64,000 bases of DNA, taken from assembly GCF_030529845.1 (NCBI RefSeq), contig NZ_JAUMWB010000002.1. The stretch is one strand, 5' to 3'. The notes beneath the pieces were generated by a model. The model was not told the origin of the DNA and ran no database searches. It saw only the letters and a list, made by a program, of their open reading frames with translations. Positions within the stretch are counted from its first letter, which is position 1; every line of letters starts with the position of its first letter. The stretch comes from Rothia sp. (in: high G+C Gram-positive bacteria). GTDB taxonomy: Bacteria; Actinomycetota; Actinomycetes; Actinomycetales; Micrococcaceae. This document shows, piece after piece, positions 31,733 to 39,368 of the stretch. The translations under genes and the position numbers were made by a program.

Positions 31733-31776
31733 TGAGGTCCCCAGGTACAAGTATCATCTTGCACCTGGGGACCTCA
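31733..31776 (+). terminator. stem-loop after the methyltransferase gene
   Basis: 19-bp stem tgaggtccccaggtacaag / cttgcacctggggacctca with one mismatch. No clear T-run. Confidence 0.45.
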
Positions 31777-32030
31777 CTTGTACGTTAGGACCCCCCCCGA
31801 CAAGAATAAGCTTGTACCTACTCATCACCGAGTTTCCCCGAGTGGCCTTTTGTACCGAAAATCAGAGAAAAACGGTTTAAAAATGGCCACTCGGCAAATC
31901 TGCACACCTGGATATACACCCAGCATGTTTTAGAACCTGCTTTTCTGCCTATAACCCAGTTGTACGGGCGAGAAGTTTAGCCTAATACAGGTTTTTGAAA
32001 ACGTGCCCAAAACGTGCCCGCCTAACCCAT

Positions 32031-32070
32031 AAATAAAAAGCCCCTCACATGTTTTACCAAGTGAGGGGCT
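32031..32070 (-). terminator. rho-independent terminator adjacent to the displaced tRNA-Lys 3' fragment
   Basis: Stem agcccctcac / gtgaggggct, followed on the minus strand by TTTTTATTT. Confidence 0.55.
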
Positions 32071-32072
32071 AT

Positions 32073-32120
32073 AAGATGTGCGCCCTGTGGGGCTCGAACC
32101 CACGATTCACGGATTAAAAG
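32073..32120. repeat. direct repeat of the tRNA-Lys 3' half plus 6 flanking nt (att site / pseudo-tRNA fragment)
   Basis: 48 nt identical to 37681..37728 except tt for cc at 32106-32107. The repeat ends in the anticodon loop (ggattaaaag). Confidence 0.85.
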
Positions 32121-32225
32121 ACCAACTATACGCTTCTGTAACTACCTACATTCTTCTGCTCCACAAATCCCTCAGCCATCCGACTTCCTAAAGCCCCCCA
32201 GACATCGCCTACAACCAGAAGCACT

Positions 32226-32489
32226 ATGAATAAAAGCACCCACACCCTCGGCATCCGCAGACTACCCCGCCACCATTATTCAGCAGCCACCACTTCCCCT
32301 ACGTTTGAAGACCTTTACGAGGCAACAATCGTTAGCCCAACGGGAGAAAAACTACACACCTTCTACCACCTCGCTCGTCCCGGCGAGACCAGTGCACTCC
32401 ATGCAAAACTCGACCAGCTAGGTTACTCAACACCTAAAGAACTACTCCCCAAGCCACTAGCCCCCAGCTACGAGCTCCACCAGAAATAG
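32226..32489 (+). CDS. hypothetical protein
   Basis: 87-aa ORF followed by a stem-loop (32520..32551). No recognisable motifs. Confidence 0.3.
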   Translation: MNKSTHTLGIRRLPRHHYSAATTSPTFEDLYEATIVSPTGEKLHTFYHLARPGETSALHAKLDQLGYSTPKELLPKPLAPSYELHQK

Positions 32490-32677
32490 AAATCACCAAG
32501 ATAAGGTAAGGATAGATGCGGCTACCCGCTCATAAATTTGAGCGGGTAGCCATACTATTTCCTAGGCCTAGCGATTGATCTTGAAACGCCGCAGAAACAA
32601 CAAAAAAGGGGAAATGATTTTACAAGAGCACGACCACTTCGACTGCATAGAAATATCGGGGAAAGTAATGAATTTTA

Positions 32678-32968
32678 ACCCTGTTCTCGCTTCCATAAGT
32701 AAAATACACAAGATATCCATACAAGAGCTATAATCCAAATCTTATAAATATGTATCTCAGCGTCTCTCATGAATAGAAGCGCTGTAAATGGAATGAGAAA
32801 TAAAGCGATAGGAACATCAAGGAAAGACGCACAGGTAGACGCTTCGTTCTTCTTACTGCGGAAAGCACTACTAAGAAAAATTAAACATAGGATAACTCGC
32901 GCTATCCAGAATACCCCTACCGCAATAGAAAGCGTAGTGCCCAGTGTTGAAGCGATAATGAGGCTTAT
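32678..32968 (-). pseudogene. 97-codon open frame encoding a 3-TM protein but lacking an ATG/GTG/TTG start
   Basis: Hand translation (minus strand): ISLIIASTLGTTLSIAVGVFWIARVILCLIFLSSAFRSKKNEASTCASFLDVPIALFLIPFTALLFMRDAEIHIYKIWIIALVWISCVFYLWKREQG-stop. A TGA lies immediately upstream, and the first ATG is codon 64. Confidence 0.3.
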
Positions 32969-33000
32969 TCAAAAGTAGACACGCACCCCACACCCACCAA

Positions 33001-33150
33001 CTAGACAACGGCTCCACCCGCGACAAAAATATGAGCGTTAAATCTCTACAAATAACCTCAAGCCATACCGGACAAGACCGTTGCTACACCAGCGTACAAC
33101 CGGCCTCACAGCCACGCCAACTCATCCGTCCCATACTTCGCCCCCCATTT
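33001..33150 (-). pseudogene. decayed fragment of a second sortase-like gene (C-terminal part)
   Basis: 33111..33148 aligns with 35403..35442 (about 30 of 38 nt by eye). Translation gives KWGAKYGTDELAWL-stop, compared with VWARYGADELVWLLTCSG in the intact copy. Downstream sequence only reads on in another frame. Confidence 0.4.
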
Positions 33151-33317
33151 TTCTTGTTGCGGCAGACCCTGAACGGTGGCAGAATGGAATAGGCTGTTGA
33201 TAAGATTCGAAAATATTTCTTCTCTAGACAAGAGATTGACAATGGCACAGCTGCAGCCATTGAAGAACTTCTCCAGCTTGGAGGCGGCGCGCTTGTAAAC
33301 GCTCTCGGAATTGGTTC

Positions 33318-33650
33318 ATGATATCAGCTCGGCGTAGAATTCTTAGGATGACCGTCTTTGAGATAGGACTGTTTATGCTAATTATCGAGATATTTATATA
33401 TGTAGCATCTTTTCTAGCTTTAACTCTTACCGTGACTTCCCACTTCATGAGAAATAAGGTATCAGCAGAGAAACAAGAGGTTATTGCTAAAAACCTTCCT
33501 ATAATGATTGTCGCCAGCTGTGCTACTACCTTCCTTTTTATTCCTAACTTATCCTTTATACACGGACTCCTAGGGACTATGCTATGGTTTATAGCACCAG
33601 CCATCATCATTTCAAGCATTTTAGCATTTAGGCGAATAAAAAAAATCTAG
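33318..33650 (+). CDS. small hypothetical membrane protein (3 TM)
   Basis: 110 aa in AT-rich DNA with three clear hydrophobic helices and a basic tail. Preferred over the overlapping minus-strand ORF 33224..33619, which has no such structure. Confidence 0.4.
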   Translation: MISARRRILRMTVFEIGLFMLIIEIFIYVASFLALTLTVTSHFMRNKVSAEKQEVIAKNLPIMIVASCATTFLFIPNLSFIHGLLGTMLWFIAPAIIISSILAFRRIKKI

Positions 33651-33796
33651 AATAATGTTTTCATAATTCCATCTGCTTACTCAAGCCAAACATGGCAAAG
33701 AGCTCTCAGATTCAGAGGCGGAACTCTCGCAGGTGTTCTAGGTGTTGGCTCTTGCTATGATGTATATAACCAGCTCGCAGGATTCCCGGAGATCTA

Positions 33797-34072
33797 ATGA
33801 TTCATTTCCTTGCCGTCACAATATTCTCTATTTTTGTTTCATACTGCTGGGGATTTACAGGATTCCCAGCTAAAAGAAAAGAAGACAAGAATATTCTCCT
33901 GTCAATTTTCTTCACTCTAGGGCTAGCTACTACAGCATTCGTATATCTACCTACTCTAGATATAGCAGGTGAGCCGTATCTTAAATTTTTACTTTTCCTA
34001 GTTGCGCCTGCTTTTGCCGGGGTAGCTACGAAAATTTGGTTCAATTCCCAGCGCACTGACGATACCCAGTGA
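33797..34072 (+). CDS. small hypothetical membrane protein (3 TM)
   Basis: 91 aa with three hydrophobic helices. Preferred over the antisense ORF 33802..34056. Confidence 0.4.
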   Translation: MIHFLAVTIFSIFVSYCWGFTGFPAKRKEDKNILLSIFFTLGLATTAFVYLPTLDIAGEPYLKFLLFLVAPAFAGVATKIWFNSQRTDDTQ

Positions 34073-34077
34073 AGTAA

Positions 34078-34121
34078 AAGATGGCTCTCTCTAAATTTTA
34101 GAGAGAGCCATCTTCATTTTT
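34078..34121. terminator. bidirectional terminator between convergent small membrane-protein genes
   Basis: 17-bp stem aaagatggctctctcta / tagagagagccatcttc followed by ATTTTT. Confidence 0.55.
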
Positions 34122-34181
34122 AGCCGGGGGAGAGGGATTCAGGGGATTGTAGACCTAGCTAAAAAGAAACTTCACCGCTGA

Positions 34182-34502
34182 CTATGAGGCTAATTCAGAG
34201 TCTTTCTTCCGTTTCCGCCCCTGCAACCATGCCTCTAACAACCATGCCATTAAAATCACCGGAGCAGCAACCGTAGTCAGACCAGGCCCAGAAAAAGCTC
34301 TTACCCCATCAGGCAATCCGTCCCATACACAGTAAGTACCAATCACCGGGAAAAATCCCCAGGATGCCTCGCCTTGAATATACTCATTTGAGGTATAGCA
34401 AGCAATCCCTAACGTAAAGCGTACAAAGTACTCAAAAGCCATCAAAAAGAGCCAGAAGCCTAAAGACGCAAGAAAAAGTTTATGATTTTTTATAAGATTC
34501 AT
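34182..34502 (-). CDS. small hypothetical membrane protein (3 TM), downstream of the secreted protein gene
   Basis: 106 aa with hydrophobic helices and a basic C-terminal tail (RKRKKD). Lies 49 nt downstream of 34552..35217 on the same strand. Confidence 0.5.
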   Translation of the reverse strand: MNLIKNHKLFLASLGFWLFLMAFEYFVRFTLGIACYTSNEYIQGEASWGFFPVIGTYCVWDGLPDGVRAFSGPGLTTVAAPVILMAWLLEAWLQGRKRKKDSELAS

Positions 34503-34551
34503 GACGCTACTGCTTTCTTTCCAACCGGGCCAAACTTGAGCCGAAGTTTCC

Positions 34552-35217
34552 CTAACCTATCACCTGCAACTCACCAGAACCCACAGCATCCTGACAACCC
34601 TGCTTAGCATCGTCCTCAGTACCAACACGTCGACCGATCTCGCGGCCCACAGCATTATTATGCAAATCCATAGCAGTCTCCTCTTCAGGACCATCTGCTA
34701 CTGACTCATGATTATTAGCAATAGTCTCAGCATCAGGATTCCCAAAATGCAAATACATCAAAGCATTCCAATAACAATGCCTAAAAGCATCACCTTCACC
34801 ATTATGCAGACTCTCTTCAGGGTACAGCTCTACAGCAGTATCACGAGCAGTTTTCGAATCGATAAACCCTGTATAGCAGTTGATAGGATTAGCATAGAGA
34901 CCGCACTTAACGCCTTCTTCGCCCCACTGCTTTAGCTTATTGGGGTCAAATTTATCTATGTAATCTTTGGGAGCTGACCGAAAGCTCCCCAAGGTGCCAT
35001 GCTGCTGACGGTTTACCTCTTCGTTCAAAGCAATAGCCCTGAAAAGCATCTCTTTTTCTTCTTGCGTCGCATCTTGGATAAGTTCTTGCTCATACTCTGT
35101 TAGAGCTCGCGGCGGAATAAGCTCATCTGCAGATGCAGGAGTTGCGGCCAGCATACCGCTTGCAAGTAGAGCTATGGGTACCAGCTTAAGAACAGTCTTG
35201 GGGCGAACGAACATCAT
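34552..35217 (-). CDS. secreted hypothetical protein with conserved RHxYWNA / NHE / DLHNN motifs
   Basis: Sec signal peptide (MMFVRPKTVLKLVPIALLASGMLAATPASA-DE) and paired cysteines. The C-terminal half reads GEGDAFRHCYWNALMYLHFG...NNHES...MDLHNNAVGREIG. I think this matches an uncharacterised Pfam DUF, but I am not certain of its number. Confidence 0.6.
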   Translation of the reverse strand: MMFVRPKTVLKLVPIALLASGMLAATPASADELIPPRALTEYEQELIQDATQEEKEMLFRAIALNEEVNRQQHGTLGSFRSAPKDYIDKFDPNKLKQWGEEGVKCGLYANPINCYTGFIDSKTARDTAVELYPEESLHNGEGDAFRHCYWNALMYLHFGNPDAETIANNHESVADGPEEETAMDLHNNAVGREIGRRVGTEDDAKQGCQDAVGSGELQVIG

Positions 35218-35297
35218 TGTTACCTCGTCTCACAGTAATTCACCAGTTGACAACCATCACCTTAACAATTTCCATAACAGTTAAGCAAGTTTCTTTT

Positions 35298-36143
35298 TTA
35301 GCTGCCAACTGGCACCAAGCCGACCAGCAAATTATCCGTATACGGGAAAAGAAAAGTATTCCCCACACCAGAATCCCCCACAAAAGCACCCGAACACGTC
35401 AACAACCACACCAACTCATCAGCCCCATACCGCGCCCACACATCCGGCGTCACCTCAACAGAACCCCACAAACCTGGGTCAGTCTCAGTTAGCGCCTGCT
35501 CAATCGTATCAATAACAATTACCTGATACTCACGAGTCACACCAGCACCATCGGTGATATACACATGCGCACACACATCGATATAGTGCAACAAACCCCA
35601 GGACGAGAGCCTATCGTCGGGATAATCCATGTTCACATGCCCAGCCAGCACAGAGGCCTTACCCACCGTGCCTAACGGGGCTGAGAGGGCAGAGAGCAAC
35701 CCACCAGGAGCAGAGGGAATACCATCAGAAAACAACCCATCCGTGAAATACCCGGTAGCATACCCACCAGCCCCATCCGAAAGAGACGGCACCACCCACG
35801 AACCAGGGGCAGGTGTGACTTCCCCCAGGGCCTCACCCGTACACTGCACAGGGGTAGGGGTCAGATTCAACACCGGCGGAGCCCCCAACGCACCAACCCC
35901 GGACACAGGCTCAGCCATCAGCCCATAGGCAGGCTCAAAATATTCCTGGCCATCCTGCTCAAAGACTTCCCCGCTGGCATCCGGGTGCCGCAGCTGATAC
36001 GGGGCCACGACCTGCCCATCGGCCACCTTCCAACCGGACAAGACCGCACCCAGCGCCAAAGCCACAACAGCCACAACAGCCACAATCAACGCTGCAAGGA
36101 TCGCTACAGCCCTAAGACCTGACTTCTTCACCGCACCCATCAT
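35298..36143 (-). CDS. sortase-like protein (class F-like layout), membrane-anchored
   Basis: N-terminal TM anchor (AVAILAALIVAVVAVVALALGAV), His motif VLAGHVN, Cys motif LLTCSG and a class-F-like tail PYTDNLLV. No Arg follows the TC motif, so activity is uncertain. The start is set at ATG 36143. Confidence 0.5.
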   Translation of the reverse strand: MMGAVKKSGLRAVAILAALIVAVVAVVALALGAVLSGWKVADGQVVAPYQLRHPDASGEVFEQDGQEYFEPAYGLMAEPVSGVGALGAPPVLNLTPTPVQCTGEALGEVTPAPGSWVVPSLSDGAGGYATGYFTDGLFSDGIPSAPGGLLSALSAPLGTVGKASVLAGHVNMDYPDDRLSSWGLLHYIDVCAHVYITDGAGVTREYQVIVIDTIEQALTETDPGLWGSVEVTPDVWARYGADELVWLLTCSGAFVGDSGVGNTFLFPYTDNLLVGLVPVGS

Positions 36144-36253
36144 CACTACGCTTTCACCACAAAAATAGCCCTTAAACAAAACGTTGGCAGAGAAAGCCCA
36201 CCGCAGATACCAGGGCACATACACCAAGCCCTAGCGCCTGCATCATCTCTCTC

Positions 36254-37566
36254 TGATATGTACTGGCTTTAGTTCCGGCCATCATACGAGACTCACAACA
36301 GCATCCACCACCTCACCCGGCCTCCGATAACCAAGAAACACATACAACCGCCGCTCATTCCACCAACACACCCAGCCAACCGTCTCAGCTTCCAGCTACC
36401 CAACCGACCTAAAAAGGCAACCACACACCATTTCAGCCTTGTAAGCCCCGTTCACCGATTCAACCAGAGCATTATCATAGGAACCCCCTCTCGACCCGAC
36501 AGACAACTAAACACCCAGAGCCCGCAACTCACCAGTGTAATCCTCAGCCACATACTGCGAACCACGCATCCGTTTGATGCACAATCTCAGTCAAAACTGA
36601 CCCACTCCTACGAGCATCGAACAAGGCCTGCTTCAAAGCCGTCAAAGGCATCCCGAGGGTATACATAGTCGAAGAAACACCCTAACCCACGATCTTCCGG
36701 CTGAAGACATCCGTGATGAAAGCGGTATAGCAGAAGCCACTGGCCGTACGGACATAGGTGAAATCTGCAACCCATAGGCGGTGAGGCGCATCATCCCTAA
36801 AGAGGCGGTTGACCAGATCGGGGCAGTTATCTGGGGTTTTGGCGGCTCTGGTGGTCACCGGTCTACGGCCCCGGTGCACGCCCTGAATACCGGCAGCACG
36901 CATGAGCCGATAGGTTTTGTCCCGACCAATAGCCCAGCCAGCTCTTTTCATGGCCTGCCACATTTTGCGTACCCCATAGACCCTGTAGTTCTCCTGGTGG
37001 ATTCTCACCAGTTCAGGGATGAGCTGTTGGTCGGTGAGTGTTCTAGCCGCTGGAGCACGGGCTTTGGCAGCCCGGTAGCCTCGTGAGGTGATAAATCCAC
37101 CGGTAAAGGTGGTGGCCAGTACCCGGCAAATGGGCTCGACCCCGAAGAGATCCTTGTGCGTGTCGATGAATCGAATCATCAGCGGGCCGGGCGGTCGAGC
37201 TCGGCTGCGAAAAAAACTGAGGCCGCTTTTAGGATTTCGTTGGCTCGTTTCAATTCGGCGTTTTCCTTGCGGAGTCTGCGGTTTTCAGCTGCCATGTCGC
37301 TGCTGGTCCTGGGGGGGTGGATCCTTGGTCGGTTTGGGCTTGTCTATGCCATTTTCGTAGGGTTTGACGGGCTGATGCCGAGGCGTTGGCCGTTTTCCCG
37401 GCAGGCGGTGTAGATGCCCTGATCGGGGTTGTTTTCAAGTTGGTCGGTGAGGAGTTGGGTGGCTCGTGTTGTGAGTTCTTGGGGGTATTTGGTGGGTATG
37501 GGTTTTGTTCCTTTGTTTTTGGTTGTTTCTAATTTATGGGGGTGGAACTAAACCCAGTACATATCA
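36254..37566 (-). mobile_element. IS3-family insertion sequence, decayed
   Basis: Terminal inverted repeats: 36254 tgatatgtactggctttagttccggcc versus the reverse complement of 37566 tgatatgtactgggtttagttccaccccc. The interior encodes OrfA/OrfB-type transposase remnants. Confidence 0.8.
36290..37499 (-). pseudogene. IS3-family transposase orfAB, multiple frameshifts and stops
   Basis: The OrfA start reads ATA (IPTKYPQELTTRATQLL...). QTLRKWHRQAQTDQG and ENRRLRKENAELKRANEILKAASVFFAAELD lie in different frames. The OrfB N-terminus (ORF 36682..37179) stops prematurely. Downstream remnants (SVGSRGGSYDNALVESVNGAYKAEM, WVCWWNERRL) are again out of frame. Confidence 0.8.
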
Positions 37567-37686
37567 CTATTGCAGGTGCTCTAGGAATCCCCCTTGGGGA
37601 ACTCCTTGGAAGTGTGGCAAATACACCAATTATCGTTCCTGAAACAGAAAACCCCGCCCCGGCATCGCCGGAACGGGGTGAAGATG

Positions 37687-37759
37687 TGCGCCCTGTGGGG
37701 CTCGAACCCACGACCCACGGATTAAAAGTCCGATGCTCTACCAACTGAGCTAAAGGCGC
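37687..37759 (-). tRNA. tRNA-Lys (anticodon TTT)
   Basis: The reverse complement folds with acceptor GCGCCTT/AGGGCGC, D arm GCTC..GAGC, anticodon stem TCGGA/TCCGT with loop CTTTTAA, and T arm GTGGG TTCGAGC CCCAC. CCA is not encoded. Confidence 0.9.
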
Positions 37760-37865
37760 ATCCACTGAGTAAACTCAGCGTCTTCCACTATACACCCGGT
37801 GACGCAAAGCGCCAAAAACCCGGTCGCGGCAAGCGTCCGCCCCATTACCATGCTCTAATAGCTGT

Positions 37866-38618
37866 GTGAACGCACTCCTGCACAGCCCCATCGCCCACTA
37901 CACCCTTGCCCTGCTACTCTTCGTTGGCCTCACCACGACCCTGCTTGCCATCCAGAAAATCCAGCTCCGCTGGCAGCCCTATATCTCGATTCTGCGGGCC
38001 TGCCTACAGCTCGCCGTCATTGCCCTCCTGCTACAGGGTATTCTGGCCGCCCCCTGGGCGCTAGTGCTCTTCATTGCCCTCATGCTCACCACCGCCACCA
38101 TCACCTCCGGCAGGCACAGCAAACAGCTCCACCGGGGCCTGGCAGCAACCGCCCTATCCATCACCCTAGGTGCCCTCCTTGCTGTCCTGCTGATCTTCGC
38201 CTTCGGCTTGGTGCCCTACTCCACCCAAAACCTGGTAGCGGTTGCTGGCATCATCATTGGCGGAACCATGACCATCACAACCCTCACAGCACGCAACTTC
38301 ACCACCCTCACAGCTGCCCGTCAGGGGGAGATTGAGGCCTGGTTAGCCCTGGGAGCCACCTCCCCGGTCGCCTTCCGCGACATCACCAAAGCCGCCATTA
38401 CCGAGGCCCTTACCCCCGGGCTCGACCAGACTCGCGCTACCGGCCTCGTCACCCTGCCCGGAACTTTCGTCGGCGCCCTCATGGGAGGGGCCTCTCCCCT
38501 GCTCGCTGCCCAGCTCCAAATCGCCGTCCTGGCAGGCCAAACCCTGGCAGGAACCATTGCGGCCTTGCTCCTGACCAGCATTATCACCCGCACTCGAGTT
38601 TTACCTCTCAGCGCATAG
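37866..38618 (+). CDS. ABC-type permease of the YbbM/FetB (UPF0014) family
   Basis: 250 aa, about 7 TM helices. Size and Ala/Leu/Thr-rich helices resemble FetB-like iron-export permeases. Assigned from memory of the family, with no adjacent ATPase gene. Confidence 0.6.
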   Translation: MNALLHSPIAHYTLALLLFVGLTTTLLAIQKIQLRWQPYISILRACLQLAVIALLLQGILAAPWALVLFIALMLTTATITSGRHSKQLHRGLAATALSITLGALLAVLLIFAFGLVPYSTQNLVAVAGIIIGGTMTITTLTARNFTTLTAARQGEIEAWLALGATSPVAFRDITKAAITEALTPGLDQTRATGLVTLPGTFVGALMGGASPLLAAQLQIAVLAGQTLAGTIAALLLTSIITRTRVLPLSA

Positions 38619-38657
38619 CCTTCCGCTGAGCACCTCAGCAGTTCTACACTGGTAGGC

Positions 38658-39368
38658 ATGCCTTCTGACGCCCGCTTCCACCGCCCCGTCCGCCTCTCCA
38701 CCGAAAAGTTTGAACGCTACCAGGGGGCTGGCAGCCCAGAAGACCTAGCTGCTGCCGCCCAGGCGTCCGCCCGCGCCCTGCTCACCCGCGGGCGAGCCAA
38801 CGAAGACCCCTCAGTCACCAAACGCCTGGTGCACTACACCGACGAATTCGGTATAGAAGCCGTCGCCGAACTCTGGTCACGGGCTGCCCCCGTTACCGTT
38901 GCCGGGGCTCTCTGGCGCATCTACGCCCTGCGCGGCATCATTCGCGCCAACTCCCAGCTCCTGAGCCACTACTACGAGCGCGGCATGCACTCCAGCTACC
39001 TGGCTCAGGCCCTGGCGGGGGTTCCGTCGCCTCCCACCGCCGACGAAATCTGTGCCACCGTTGATGCCATCTTGGCCGGTGCCTACACCGGTGACTTCGA
39101 CGTGGCCCTCAACCGCTTTGGGGCTTTCTGCCGGGTGCTAGCTCTGGGACAGGACGACGTCGCCCTAGAACTGAGGCACGGCCAGCAGGTCTCGCCCCGG
39201 GACTGGCACCCCGATGATGGGTTCGAACTCCACCGCCCCTCAGCCGAGGTGCGCGACGAGGCCGCTGCGCGGGCCGTCCGCCTGCGCTCAGCTGCCCGCA
39301 GACTCACCGGTACCGCCCGGGAACTGGAGGAAGCCGCTCTGCGTTGGCGGGCAGGGACACTGGATTAA
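38658..39368 (+). CDS. conserved hypothetical protein
   Basis: 236-aa ORF with normal composition. No motif recognised. Confidence 0.5.
   Translation: MPSDARFHRPVRLSTEKFERYQGAGSPEDLAAAAQASARALLTRGRANEDPSVTKRLVHYTDEFGIEAVAELWSRAAPVTVAGALWRIYALRGIIRANSQLLSHYYERGMHSSYLAQALAGVPSPPTADEICATVDAILAGAYTGDFDVALNRFGAFCRVLALGQDDVALELRHGQQVSPRDWHPDDGFELHRPSAEVRDEAAARAVRLRSAARRLTGTARELEEAALRWRAGTLD

Larger units (their letters stand above)
30322..32072. mobile_element. putative integrated island A (remnant, no integrase)
   Basis: Bounded by att-like copies at 30295..30321 and 32073..32120. It is AT-richer than the flanks and carries the Abi-like and methyltransferase genes. Confidence 0.45.
32121..37686. 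mobile_element. putative integrated island B at tRNA-Lys (no integrase; contains a decayed IS3)
   Basis: Flanked by the 48-nt direct repeat. The core at 32.5-35.2 kb is strongly AT-rich relative to the flanks, and the content is accessory. Confidence 0.6.

Noticed and set aside
31998-32019. Perfect tandem duplication of the 11-mer aaaacgtgccc
   Set aside because: With only two copies it could be an arm-type recombinase site, but with no integrase present and no further copies seen I cannot support a function.
33224-33619. 131-aa minus-strand ORF overlapping the 3-TM plus-strand ORF 33318..33650
   Set aside because: The two cannot both be real. The plus-strand product has a clean three-helix membrane topology, while the minus-strand product has none and ends in the sortase-fragment region out of frame. 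Confidence in either one is still low.
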